Assembly: GCF_018977255.1 (NCBI RefSeq) | Contig: NW_024704743.1 | Span: 78,556,001 to 78,620,000 of the forward strand | Length of the DNA: 64,000 nt | DNA from: Callorhinchus milii | Lineage: Eukaryota | Reading direction: 5' to 3' | Shown here: piece by piece, positions 39,501 through 54,500 of the stretch | Position numbering within the stretch: position 1 is the stretch's first letter | Layout: each line of letters begins with the position of its first letter | The notes under the pieces: generated by a model | Seen by the model: only the letters and a program-made list of their open reading frames with translations | The model's database searches: none | What the model was told of the DNA's origin: nothing | Position numbers and translations under genes: made by a program

Positions 39501-42500
39501 AGATACAATAATAAAGTTCTAACCAAAAAATGTCATCGGCAGTCATGATGTCATTATAGTATTGTACATACAGTGGCTCTATTTGTTTCTCACAAATCTT
39601 CCCATCCAATGCCAGCCTATTGTTCACTGATTTCCCTAACCCTACATGTACATGCGTCGGATCTTTCCCTCAACATATCCCCAAAATCTAGCAAACATAA
39701 GTACTGAACAGAGAATTGTTTTTTGTCAGCCGGGTGTCTGACAAGAGAACCCATCCCCATGCTTAAGGATTTCTGCATGTACCAAGCACCCAGCTGACCC
39801 CCCCCAAAAAATCTGTTCAGTACTTTTTGGAATAATATTTAAACTACAGCAATGAATTTGCTACCTGAAGCACATGAAACAGAATAAGCTCCAGTGATCA
39901 CAAACTTGGATCTGAAAAGCAGGTAAGTATTCTAAGATCTATATGGGGTGAACCACAATAATTTCTTGAAGTATTGTAAAATGCATCTTTTCCATTTCTG
40001 GAAAATCCTACCGAAAGACCAGAGATCCCAAAAGTGCTGAAGAGGAGGGACATGGCATGTTCAGGACAAAGATTTTTTATATATACAACCACCATGGGAA
40101 GGGGGGGGGGGGTGGGTGGCGGGGAGAGAAATATGGGCATTTTAAGGTGGCATTCCTGATTTCACAATTTACGGCCACAGGTGGTTAATGATTTCAGAAC
40201 CCTCAGAACCCAGGAATAGGTAGCAGCCTTGGAATAATGAAATGTTCCTGGACACTATTTCATTTATTTAATACTATTTAATTACAGATACATTTGTGAT
40301 TATTTGCCCCTTCCCTCCCCACTTTTGAATCCTGCCTAAAGACCTTCCTCTTTGATCGTGCTTATGGTCACCTCCCAACTCCCTCTATCCCTGGCTCGGG
40401 TCAGACTCCACCACTGACAAGCGCTCCAGGATGCTATCCCATATGAAGGATGCTATATAAATGCAAGTTGTTGTTGTGAGAATGCACCTTTAACTATGTA
40501 CATCACTGAAAAGTTTTTCCAAAAAAGTGACATGCTTAAAACATAAGAGTATATTTTCAAATACTTACCACGGTCTTTGACGAGCCCTTTGCCTCTGTAG
40601 GTAAAAATGAAAGTATTAAATATCAGTGTATATACTTAATGAATTGTGTTCAGTTCATTAGTATTTGTGCAAAATATTTGTTATGTAGTGCAATCCCCTC
40701 CCCACCAGCTATTTGCCCATTGACTTGTCAAAGACACCTCTTGGTCTGTGACTACTTGACCCCTCCACAGACTTCAACACTGTTGACCAGTCCATCCTTC
40801 TCCAGTCTTTCCACCATCCTCCACCTTCAGTGCATTTTTTTGATTCCACCTGTATTACCACCATCACTTTGTGCTTCTTTTTATGTCTGCTTGTGACTAC
40901 TAACTTCACCAGGTATACTCAATCCAGCTCAAGGACCCCTACCTCACGCCCCCTAACACAGCTTACTTTCATTCACACCTTCTTCATCTCCAGATATTTT
41001 TCTCCAATGCTTTCACCACCAAACTTCCCAGCTCATCCAGAACTATGTAGCCTATATCCATTCCCACTAGACTCTGAAAAGCCATCGTCCTCGTCTGCAC
41101 AACGTTATGCTGCCTCCCTATTTCCCACCGGATCAATTTCCAGATCTTCATTTTAACTTTTAGAGTCCCGTTGCATAAAGGTTAGCACTTGCCTCGCAAA
41201 CGAGAGGAGCCAGGTACAATTCCCAGAAGGGGCAAAACATTAGGCAAGTTTACTACACAAGCCTGTTTACCTAGCAGTAAGTAGGAACCTGGTTATTAGT
41301 AAATTGGGGGATCGCTTTCTGGGAGTAATAATACCTTAAAAAAANGTGATCACTCAATCCACAATTGTTTGTGGGATACTGCTATGTGCAATTAGCTGCC
41401 GCATATCACCCACAAGATACAGTCAATCCACTGTACAATAAATTCTGTGAAGGGCTTTAAGACGTCTCAACAATGTGATAAGGCACTATAACAAATCCAA
41501 GGATTATTACTTCAAATGCCTCCACACTTGTGCTTCACCTTACCTCTGGTATCTACTCCAACACAGGACTTATAACTCAGTGCTATTGCAAATGCATCAT
41601 CCATTCTACACCACTTTACAGTATATCCCGTGAAGCGTTTTGCAACATCCTCCTGATGTGAAAGGCACTATACTAAGTGTAAGGATTATTACTTGTTTAT
41701 CAGAAATTAATTACAGATTATGACTTGAGCAGGAGCCTAAATAAGGCAGTTCAAACTCAGAGACCAATTACCAGCAAATATTTATCTAACATTACATCTA
41801 GGAGAGTCCTAAACATAATGGAAATTCCCCCTTCAAAACAGTAGTTTCCCCATTACACCAAATGTTCCTTCCGTGTGTGTACCCATCCTATGGACTCAGC
41901 AAACCAGAGGAGCCAAACAACCTCCAGAACGAAACCAACTACTCTGATAGATCTGCCTTCGATAATAAGTGAGGATTAAATTCCTTCATATTCAACTCGA
42001 CTGCACAAACTGGCAAGATTAGGGTTAATAAAAACAGCTGATCAGGCCGTTACAAAAAAGTGCACCTGACACCTTCCTTAGAAGGTGCACCAAGCATTTT
42101 TAGAATAATTTTTTTCTGAATCGTCACACCTACTGTGGAAAGCTGTAATATATGGTCTGTAACCATTTCACATCACAACCAACTCATTTTATTGCCCCAA
42201 ATAGTGGTGCCTTAATCCTACACATCTTGGAAATTCAGTTTCCTTCTTCCAACACATGCAACTTGGAGGCCCCAAGATAAGTCAGAACAAAACCTTAAAC
42301 TGACAGTGAGTCAAATAGCATTCTGAAAACTATCAAAACAGACTTCATGAACCCTCAATTACTTCATATTTGTCAAGCAATATACAGGCTGCAGATTCTG
42401 AGAGAAAAATAATCGTGATGGAAGTCCAGCTATCTCCACAGCGTAAATGACAGGGCATAAATTAGCCTCTGATACAGGTTAAAGGCAAAAATAACAAAAA

Positions 42501-45500
42501 AAACCTCACACACATAACTCTGAGTGTTGAATATTTATTATGAACTATGAAGGTATTAGGCAAACAGGGTACAAATGGGTACAAAATCTGCAGGCATGAT
42601 ACTTCACTGTGGTGCCATTTTCATCGCGACTTCAACAATAACCGATCCCACGTGTCCTGAGGCTCAAGACTCGAATTGGCCCTGAACTGTCCCACACAGG
42701 TATGTCTCGGACACCCTCAAGGCCATCTCCAATTCTCTTTCAAGAAACTAAAATACTAATTTCTCCCATGAGCCAAATGCAAGGTTGTTTTGTTATTGTA
42801 TTGTCAAATACTATCTCTTCTAAGGTACATAAACAAAATTCAGTTTGATGTCAGTTTGAAAAGAAAATGAACACAGCATTGCTCAGTTTCTTTTGATTTT
42901 TCTTAGATATCATTGGTTAGTTGTTAATGATATAATTCCAGGAATCTGTTATTGTCATTTATGAAATGTATGTAAACATTTCTAAATAATTGTAAAGCTA
43001 AATTTAACTGCAGCAATACTAAGATGTATGTTTTGTTTGAATGAGGCAGAACTAAATATGTTCCTTACATGCTGCAATAGTATGGATCACTCAGAGTAAG
43101 AGGCGCTGGAAAATAGTTGTCCAAAAGATAGCAGTCTCAGCTTACTAGCATTTTCATTTTCTTATTTCCAATCAATTTTGGTTAGAGAAACTAATAGCTC
43201 GAAATTATCTTTGCTTCACAGAAAGCTTCAGAAACAGATGGAAAAGCTATGGAACAAGCCACAAATAAAAGAACTTAGAATATTGTACAATATGCTGGGT
43301 CTTATTGAACATATTCATAAAGTAAATTCTATTTAAAATGAAACCCACCTTGAGTCACAAAAGGCTCCAAATGTTTCAGATAATATAAGTGCATTCTGTT
43401 TGTATCATCAGTAGCATGAAACTGATTTAGAGCCTCAAATCCCTGAAGAGTGACATTTAAAAATATTAACATATAGATTAAACACGCCTTTCAAAAAAAA
43501 GTTAATGCAAATCATCAAAATGTTACGGCAATTATAATGATCACAATTTCAGACTTTGTATATTACACGATAGTTAGAATGTTTTAAAAAAAACGTTTCC
43601 GTTTATTTATGTTTGAATACAAATTCAAAATTCAAAAGCATGTCATCTTAAGGCCTGTTCAGCTCCAAGGTGACATGCTTGGTAACAATGTCAAAATCAA
43701 ATGAATCAATCATCTGTGGCGGTTTTGGTAGCTTGGTTTGAGCCAGGCGGGTCCGCAGCACTCCAAGGCACTGCTGATGATATTCAACAACAACAAATTA
43801 CATTTATATAGCGCCTTTTCTTTACTAGTGTTTTCAAGGGTTTGTTTGGGATTGGAATCAAGAGGGATGGAGGGCAAGAGGGATGGGGTTGGAAGATGAC
43901 CAAAGGCACGGTCAAAAAGGAAGGTCTTGAGACAGGCCTTGAAGGCGATGAGGTGAAGGGACTCTGGGATGAAATTCTAAGGGTGGGAGCAGAAAGTCTG
44001 AAAACCCAACAGCCCATGGTGGGGTGGGCAGGGTGGGGAACATGGAGCAGGCCAGTATCTACCAAGTGGAGGGAGCGAGCAGGTTGGTATGGTTTTAGTA
44101 GGTCGCAGAAGTAGGAGCAAGACAGTGGAAGGCTTTAAAAGTGAGGACGGGGGTCTTAAACTCGATCCTCTGGGAATGGAAAGGAGTGGAGCCAGCTAAG
44201 GATGGAGGTGATCATCTGAAGTCAAGCCTGGTGCAGAAGAGGGCACAAGCTTCACAGTTCTAAATAAGCTGCAGCTTGTGGAGGGAAGAGTCTACAAATC
44301 CCTACACGCCCTGGCACTTCCCAACCTTTACAACCTGCTTACTGCCCCACTCCTCCACAAGCTGTTTCTGATTGGCTGGCTCCGGCCTCCTGTTTTTTCT
44401 TTGTCTCTTCCACTCCATTATCGACGGCCATGCTTTCAGCCACTACATCCCCGAAACTTTGGAACTCTACCCCTCAATCGCTCTGTCTTCCCTCCTCCTT
44501 CCCCTTTTCAGATCACTCCTGAAGACTTTCCTCTTCAACTGTTCTTACTGGCAGCTCCTCCGTCTCTACAGCTCGGCATCAGGTTCTGCCACTGTTAAGC
44601 CCTCCAAGACGCTACCCTGCGTGAAGGGTGCTATATAAATGCAACTCATTGTTATGAAGTTCAGCGAGTAGGGAGTTAGTGTAGTCAAGCCTGGACGTGA
44701 TGAAAACATGAATAAGGGTCTTGCAGCATGGGGGAGAAGTAGTGGCTGAGGTAGCCAATGTTGTAGAGATGGGGGAAGACTGAACAAGTTATGGCACAGA
44801 TGTGGAGTTTAAGGGACAGTTGAGGGTTGAACAAGACACCAAAGTTCCGTACTGGTGGAGAGTGAATCCATGAATAGTGATGCTGTCAGTACCTGAGGTG
44901 AGTAGTTGCTGATGGGAGCTAAGAAGGAGGGACTCATCCAGGACTTGATGACTGACAGGCAGTCTGTCAGGACAGCAATGGTCCTGGAGTCAAGGGTGGA
45001 GGAAGAGAGATAGAGTTGGGTGTCATCCGCGTACCATATGGAAGTTAAGCCCATTCCTGTGGATGATATCACCGAGTGGGAGCAAATAAATATTAAAGAG
45101 GAGAGGACCAAGTACAGAGCCTTGAAGAGTGCCGCATTTGATGGTGGAAGGAAAGCCGTTAGTGGATACAAAGTGGAGATGATAAGAAAAGTAAGAGTGA
45201 AACCAGGCAAGGATAAAAGCTGAGAGGAGCAGCACTGGAGAAGAATAAAGTGGTTAACAGTGTTGAAGGCTGCAGAGAGATCGAGAAGAACACAGAGGCA
45301 GAGAACCTTTGTCACAGATGGACAGAATGTCATTTGTGGTTTCCACTAAGGCCGTCTCTATACTGTGGGCAGCACAGAAACCAGATTGGAGTGATTCATA
45401 CAGGGAGTGGTGGGAGAGAAAATAGTGAGCTGGGAAGCAACAACTTGTTCCAGGACCTTGGATAGGAAGGTTGGAGATGTTAGAGAACAGATGGGTCAAG

Positions 45501-48500
45501 GGAAACCTTTTTGATGGTTAGGGTTAGGCTTTTTAAGGGGGTGTGAATGCTGCAATGGACAAAGAGGGGTTAATGATTTCTATTGTTAGTGGGGCAAAGT
45601 GTGAAGGGAGAGATAGGTGGAGGCCAGGGTGGGGAGCAGGGAGAAGGTAACTGTAGGCAGAGACAACAGTAGTGAGCCTGGCTCAACAGTAGGACTTGGG
45701 ACAGGCAGACCGGTCGGACACTGAGGGCAGGGATTCTTCCCACTCAGCTCCTGTTAACCCTGGAAACCAAAACCCAAATGGGTAGAGTGGTTCTAGCTGA
45801 AAAAGCAGTGAGAAGCTTGCCAGAAAGTGCTTTTAACACCTTGTCTATGTTCACATAAACATCTGGATGAAGCAACAAGCATTCATTGGTATTATTCATT
45901 TAATGAAACTGTCCATTTTGGACAAGCCCAGGTTGCTAGACAATACATTCAATGACAAGCTATGTAGTTTTAGCTGATTAGACTCCAGCAATGCATCAAT
46001 TCAAACCCTATGGTCTCCAAGCTTTGAGCCTTGCCAACCTATGCCTAATACTCTCCAGGATTAGGTAAGCAGGGCACATCCAGAGAGAGAGCGTGCATTC
46101 CAATACATAAATGGAAATGTCTGTATACATGTGTAGGTGTCATACATGAAACTTTTTGCCTGATTTGGATGCTGTTAGGATGATGATGGGTTTCCGCATG
46201 TGTCAGACACCCAGATGACCAGAAAAATACAAATACGAGGAAAAGGCAGATAAATGGGACTGAAATGATTGCTCTTTAAATGAATCTGCACAGATACGAT
46301 GGACTAAATGGCTTTCTTCTGTCCTATAAATTTCTATGGTTCTAAATTGCAACATAAAATGTAGATTACATCTTCTTAAAAATGTACTTGAAAATGAAAA
46401 TACGACATCCATCTTAAACATACCTACATCTTAAAATAGAGCATTATTGAACCTAGAGATGGCAGTATTACTGTAGCTTATCTTTCCCTCTATGTTCCAT
46501 TCTTCCTACAGTGCCCTTAGAGTTTTGTTTCGAAGAATTTATTCATATAGTTCCATAATAAATGCACTTCTAAGGAACTGGCGCTAAAATGAACAACGGA
46601 GAAAGATAAGAGTGAAAAAAAAGATTGGAGGGTCCCATATTTTTAAGAGGTTCATAACTGTTAGGGAGGGTGATTAGGGCCAAAACAGTTTGGGTACTAT
46701 ACAACTTCTTTCATCCATCTTAAATGATTTAAATAATCTCCAGAAAGCTATGTATTTTAAACTTGCACTGCTCAGAAATAAAATTGTTAAGATTGTCGCA
46801 ATTTAGAGCAATTCTTACTTGCTTACAGTTTAAGATAATCTAGCATGATCAAAGACATTAAAGATGAAACAAAGGAAAATTGTCAGAATTGAAAGGAAAT
46901 TGTTAGAAACCTAATTTGTGTTTGTTGAAGCCACTGGGAGTGGTACAAATCTCTTACTCATCTCCAGAAAACAAATTAATGGTTCAAATTAATGTACCAA
47001 GTAGAATTCTAAATTTTTAAAAGATTTTCAGTTAATCTAAAGAGTTTTAGTAAATATCTCACCACAGGAGGTATCCTGGACACCAACATATTCAAGCAAC
47101 TTTCACCAGTACCATCTGTTACAGCAGCTCGACAACCAAGTTGTAATAGTAGCCTTGCTGCTTCACTTCGACCTAAAGCAAACATGCAAGATTTCAAAAA
47201 ACTATTTTGAGATCAAAAAGGTATGTTATTTTGAAATATTCCTTAACCAGTCAACATATATCACATCTGGTAATGATAGTTTTAGTGGTGAAAAGCATAT
47301 TGTGCTTGTACTGTTTGCTAGAACAAGATTACCTAACCAGTAAAGAGTTCTTTTTTTAAATCAAAACATTCTTCACATATTCTAGCAGCAAATCTTATTT
47401 TCATGTCTGATTGATATCCTGACATGGTCACCATAGTTTTTCATCTTGCTGTGTCATTTAAAGGAAACCTCAGCAGATTCTTTGGTCATTTTACTCAGAG
47501 GATGAAAAACAATGCACAAAAGGAACAATTAAAGTGACCGGAAATCTAACAAACTTCCAGCAGACTAAAGATTAGAATAAGCACTTTCATTTCCTGCAGT
47601 GCAGTGGATTTCTCCACTAAAATAGTGGAAACTTTGGAAAGCTGGCTTCCTCTCTTCTCAAAAAGAATTCCAGAAAAAGGCTGTCAAATTAAGATCAAAA
47701 CTGCAAATGTCAGTTTTTGTTTTGCTAGCCTTATATTGATACACTGACATGCTGATAATAATAATGATCCTTGCATTTGATACAGCGCTTTTCGCGTCTT
47801 CTAGATGGCTCAAAGTCTTCACAGAATATACTGTAAAGTGAATTGACTGTATATTTGTGGGCAAAACGCAACAGCCAAATTGCGCACAGCAGTGTCCCAC
47901 AGTCGTGGATTGAGTGACCAATTTATTATTATTTTTTGAACGAATTATTACCCCTGAAAAAGCGATCAGCCAATCGACTAAAAACTGGATTCCTTCTTAC
48001 TGCTCGGTAAACAGAGGCGTATGGAATAAGGAAACTTGCCTTGCCAGGAATCGAACCCAGATCTCGCTTGCGAGTCGAGTGCTGTAACCACTGAGCTACA
48101 GGACTCCTGATAGATACTATAATCACATTCTCTCAGTTTTTTTTCCATTGCAGTTCTATATCTGACTGATGTGAATTGTGCTAAACTCACCCTTGAAATT
48201 TACCTCTGACAATATCATATCAGCATTTAGGGAATTTCATCTCGACACCTACCATAAAGTGCTGCCAAATGCAAAGGAGTTCTCTTTCTGTAATCTTCAA
48301 CCTGAATGTTCGCACCATGTTTATATAAACAGTGAAGAGACCTCAATGCATCATACCTAGCTGCATAATGGAATGGGGTTTGCTCTTCTTCATTAGTCTT
48401 TGCCTCAATATTTGCTAAAAATAAACGAATGTAGACAGGAACCATGTGAGTGTAGCCTTTCCACAACAACCACCACCAAAAATTGCATTTGAATAGCATC

Positions 48501-51500
48501 TTTCACATTGGGAGGATAATATATCTAAACCAATTACACAATATTATCACTAGAAGTCATGTTGCTCATAACTATTACTCAAAGATGGTGCTCCATTCAA
48601 TTTCAAACATTGCAAAGGCATAAAATAATATAGTAGACTTGCAGGGCCTTTTTAATATTTTAAGCAAAAAGTAGCTTGATGCACTTATTCATTCAAGTCC
48701 ACAATAGCAACATAAAGAATCAAGGAATCTGTGGTAGCTCCTTAAAGGTATTCTGAGGATTGATAATTATAATCTTTGCATTTGATATGGTGTCTGTAAC
48801 ACTGAACATGTCTCAATGTACTTTACAAAATTTCTATAAACGGTATATTCCTACATTGTATTTGCAAAACTTATTCCATCATAGACTTGACTCCACATGC
48901 TTTCCCCTAAAGACAAGTTCCATATAATAATAATAATAATAATCCTTGCATTTGATATAGCGCTTTTCACGTTGGGAGGACGTCCCAAAGCGCTTCACAG
49001 AACACACTGTAAAGTGAATTGACTGTATATTTGTGGGTGAACGCGGCAGCCAATTGTGCACAGCAATGTCCCACAAACAGTCGTGGATTGAAAATGACCA
49101 ATTTATTATTGTTTTTGGTTTTGGAGGGATTATTATTAGGCGTGTGGAGTAAGGAAACTTGCCCAAGGTTTCGCCCTGCCTGAAATTGAACTAAGGTCTC
49201 TCGCTTGCAAAGCGAGTGCTCTAACCACTGAGCTGCAGGACTCCACAGAATAAAAATATAATATAATATAAAAGAGTACTTAAATACAAAGATATTTTTT
49301 AAAAATCCTTTCATTGATATAGCATCTTTCAAACTAGGAGGGCATCTCAAATGATATAATGTAAATGGTAGCAACTGTATTTTGTAGACCAAAACAGCAG
49401 CCAACTTGCACATAGCAATGTTTCACAAATATTCCTGACCTTTTTTTTATTTGGCCATGACACTGTGAGAAAGTTTTCTTCTATTTTCAAATAGTACCAT
49501 TGGATCTTTGCCGTCCACTTGAACAGGCAGGACCTTGGTTTAACATCTCATCCAAAGGACAGCGCCTCCAAAATGCACCACCCCCCACCCCAGAACTACA
49601 TTGAAGTGTCAGCCTAGACGATGTGAGTTCAAAGCCCCCAAATTGGGCTTAAACCCACAATCTTCTGACCCAGAGGTGAGAGTGCTACCAAGTGAGCCAG
49701 GCTCTAAGATTGTTCTGGATCATCTGAATTTCCCACTTATACCACCACTGGTGATACAGCAGACCTCTGCCACAGATTTTTATGCTAATGACAGTGTACA
49801 TGCCTCAAACAGAATCTTATTCAGCATTCAATTCACTTGCCACCTGAAAACTAGGTCCATCTCCAAGCCTACCCGTTCCCCCTGGGACAACAGTCATCTG
49901 CGCTCCTCAAATCCCAAACCCGGTTACTCGAGCGTAGGTGGCACAAAACCGGCCTTATAGTTCACCGGCAACTGTGGCTCGAGCATCTTCACATCTTGCC
50001 CCACTCTGAGTCTCAAGCCAAAACCATTTTGCTCTTTTGTACAACAACCACTGCCAACAAATTACATTTAAATAGCAAAATAAACTTTTCTCCCAGTGTC
50101 ATCGGCGGCCGGGTTTTCAGCCTCTGCCCCCACTCTTTGGAACTCCGTCCCACAATCCCTTCACCTTGCTCCCTCTCTTGCCTCCTTCAAGGCATGACTC
50201 AAGACCCTCCTTTTTGACCGTGCCTTTAGCTGCTCTCAAACCCATTCTGCCTTCCCTCATCCCAACCCTGCCCACCACGCTTGGGTCCTGATCCCCGACT
50301 GTTCAGCACCTTGGGCCGCCCTCCTGACGTGAAAGGCGCTTTACAAATGTAACTTTGTTGTTGTTTTGTCATTCCCAAAATTTCTCATTTTCGAATGATC
50401 GTTCTCATTCGAATGGTCATTCTCAAGGTCAAAAACAACGCCAAAATCCTGTTCTCCACTATCCAATGCCTTCTCCACGTTGCCTCGCAAGTACCCTCGA
50501 ACCTCACTTCTGGTGCTAAGTCCGAAGAGGTCCTGGACTTCTTAATCACCAAGATAGATAACATCCGCCTGGCTGCCTCCACCCCCTCCATTACTCCTTC
50601 ATCACCCTCTCCTCCTACCACGGCTCCTATCATGACCCCAACCTTAACACTCCTTTGCCCACATCTCTTCCTCCTCTCTTTCCCCTGCCATCACTTATAT
50701 GAAACACACCACCTGCTGCCTCAACCCACTCCCCAACCAGCTTCTGGTCATTCAACTCCCCCTTCTCTGCCCACTGCTGGCTGACACAATCAACCAGTCC
50801 CTCTCCTCAGGCTCTGTCCCACTCCCCCTCAAAAACACTGTCATCATGCCTTAAATAAACCTACCCTCCATCTCTCCAACCTCACAAACTTCAGACTCGT
50901 CTCAAACCTGCCCTTCCTGGCTAAAGTTTTGGAACGTATCATTGCAAATCAACTTCGCTCCCACCCCTCCTCCACTCACAACTTGATCCCCTCCAGTCAT
51001 GTTTTCACCCTGCCCACAGCCCAGAGACAGTACTCATCAAAGTAACAAATGACATATTCTCTCTCTGTGACCAGGGCTCCCTCTGCCTCCTCGTTCTCTG
51101 GGACCTTTCTGCCGCATTCAACACAGTCGATCGCACCATCCTTCTCCATCGCCTCTCCACCCTCATCCACCTTTGTGGGACCACATTCGCATGGTTCGAG
51201 TCCTACTTAACAAACCGCCAACGATACGTATCAGGAAATGGTTTTTTCTCCCACCCCCGCCTGGTCACCTGCGGGATACAAGAAGGCTCCAACTTCCACA
51301 TGTTTGCAGGTGATACCCAAATCTACTTCTACTCCTCCAGCTCTGACTCCCAGTCCGCTCATGTCCTGTTTGCTTGTTTAATGGACATCAGGGCCTGGAT
51401 GTGTGCAAATTTCTTGCAGCTGAATGTCGACAAGATGGAAGCCATACTTCTTGGCTTCCATCAACGTCTTCTCTCCTCCAAGTCTGAACTCCTCAACTGG

Positions 51501-54500
51501 CCTCCCCGTGCTCTCCCTCAGACTCACCAAACCAGTCGCAACTTAGGCACCAGGTTCAATCACCAGTTTTCTTTTCTACCCCACATCCGTTCCCTGACGA
51601 AGACCACATTTTTTCACCTCCGTCACATTGCCCGCCTCCATCCATATCTCACAACCAACACAGCCGAAACCCTTGTCCATGCCTTCGTCACTTCCCGGCT
51701 GGACGACTCCAATGCCCTTCTCGCTGGTCTCCTCAGATCCACCATACACAAAATGGAATTAATCCAAAACTCCTCCACTCGGATACTCACCCGCAAAAAA
51801 CTTCCTACCCCCATCGCACCTGCCCTTGCCAGGCTCCACTGGCTCCCAATTACCAAACTGATCGATTTCAAAATCTTCTCACTCATTTTCACATTCCTCC
51901 ATGCCCTGGCACCTTCCAACCTACTTAACCCACACTCCGCCACCGGCTGCGTCTGCTCAGCTGGCTCCAGCGTTCCATTCATCCCTCATCTTCGCCGCTC
52001 CACCATTGGAGGTCATGCCTTCGGCCACTAAGCCCCAACTCTGGAACTCTCTCCCTTGATCCCTCCGCCTTGCCCCCTCCCTCCCACATTCAGATCCTCT
52101 CTAAAGACCTTCCTTTTTGATCATGTTTATGGTCATCTCCTCCTCTCCTCTCCCACTGGCTCGGTGTCGGGCTCTGCCACTCTCAAACGCTCTGGAACTC
52201 TACCCCGCGTGAAGGCCACTATATAAATGCAAGCTGTTTTTCTTAAAAATCAGCCCCTAGATTAAATGGTGGCTCCTGGCATTGATCTATAAGACCTTTG
52301 TCATTCCCTATGCAGAGTTCATTTTCTCCCAATGAAATGGTTTATTAAAGCCTTTGATCTGTTCAGGACTCCTCTCCACGTTAAGAAATCTCTATTTCAG
52401 CATCTTGGGACAGACATCAATGCAGCACAATGAACCCTACTCACCCCTAGGATGCCTTCATAGGTCTGTTATAGAGCACCAGACATGTCCAATATTGACA
52501 CCAGCCCAGACGGGTAATTCTTTAGTCTTAAGTCTAGATAACTTACCCTATTAACTATTTGCCTTTGCAAATATTGGTCTCAAATTGAATAATAGACAAT
52601 GAATTCCAATTCAACATATGCTCACACTTTGGAGACATGTGGCTCCGTTTTGTACCCCAAATGGCAAAAGATTCAAGAATATGAGGTAGCAAATTATTGG
52701 CTTACATGGTGTTTAATAATTTAGCGTGTCAATATTTTTGTGCTACTACAGCATAAATTCACGTCTAATGTATATTTCTGCCTTTGTTATAGAGCAAATA
52801 AACAGTAAACCGCCAGTTTATCAGACTTCAGGTATCTGGAATTCGTACCAAGCGGTACTGGGTCCACGGGCCCATGCACATGTTGACTCCCGTCCACTCT
52901 CCTAGTGGCCAGGGATATCAACTTTGACTCAGTTTTAATCCTGTGAGAAGAGGGTAGCTTTTCACTATCTTCTGCTCGCGGGATTCAAACAATTGCAATT
53001 CCGGTGCTGGCATTTTCTGGAATTTTTTAAATCACTGAACAAAACCAGAGCTGAAAAAAGCTGGTACCAACATTGTAAATACACTTAGTCGTAAATTTCA
53101 CCTCCAGACTCCTCTACTCACATTATTCCAGCTAGCCGGGTTTCAGTCTAATGTAAAATTTGTATTGTAATCACTCATTAATAAGCTGTCAAACATCTTT
53201 ACCATTATTATTTAACAGAACTTCAATGAATTCAGTGTAGTTCAAGATTGCAGCAACATGCAGTGGAGTTCGACCATATGTATCCGCATGATTTACGTCA
53301 GCTCCTTGTTTTATTAAAAAGCTTGCCACATCAACATGCCAAATCCGTGCAGCCTGTAAAGTATATGAAACACAAATAAAGTATTGATTAGATTACATGG
53401 CTAAAATTCATCCCGTTTGAGACATTCCAAGTGTATTTACTACTTATAGCAGTATAATTCATTTGGTGGAAATGCCACTTTTAGCACAATTACCAATAGT
53501 TTTCTGCACTGAATTACATTCAAATGTAATAGCACCCAAAGCCTACGATACCAAATTATTAGGAACTGGGGTTTACTTAACTAAGCCTCATTACTATTTT
53601 TGACATTAAATTAATTTATCCTCCAGATACTCTTGTAAATCATAATAGAAATACGTTTAAAACCTCCTGGTACAAACTTACATTTAACAACATTACTGAG
53701 TTGATCTTATTGCTGAGCAGTGCATCTAACTTGCTCGAGAGAGGTCTGTACAGTAGATGCACTCAGCACTTGTGGAATTAAAATGTATCATTGTCCACAA
53801 TTTAGAGATACTTTTTGCATCATTGTTCCCAAGAGGTATGGGTGAACAAGGATCTTCAATCCATTTGATTACATCCTTCCTCAGAATACCCATCCTACCT
53901 CTTCCCTTTATAGGATCAGGGCATTTCTCAAATGTTTCCAGGATTCTGTCCTCAACCACCCTCCCAGCCATTAATTACCCAATGTATAAATAAGTACTTT
54001 CTGATATATATTATGAAATTGCCCTTTACAAATCTAAACTTATGCTCTTTTCTGTTGTTTTGATATTGTTCTGGCTTTACATTCTCAATCATATTTGGCA
54101 TTTTATAAACCTCTATTAAATCTCCCCTGAGATGACACTTTTCAAGCTGAATTGCTGAATAGAAATTATGCATTATAGGCTATATAAAACATGTAGTTTG
54201 CCCAGCTGCACCTTATAGTGTATCCCTGACAGTGGAGATTATCCTCTCTACTATCCTCTGTACTGCCTCTAGGACTCAAATAGTGACCCTTTGTCGCAGT
54301 GACAAAATCTGTATGTAGTCTTTTAGTGTGGTCCACAAAACACAGTCAATGCACTTTACAGAATATCTTGTGAAGCACTTTAGGATGTCTTCCCAATGTG
54401 AAAGGCATTATACCAAATGTAAAGACTATTATTATTTTATTCATGGAACCAGTGCCTCACCAAAAGATTTTCTGTTCATTGAGCCTAAGATTATACAAAC

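Noticed and set aside
51300..52031. Longest ORFs in the track (243 aa here; also 31401-32051, 7389-7919, 44809-45333)
   Set aside because: Frameshifted L2 ORF2 remnants, not host genes.
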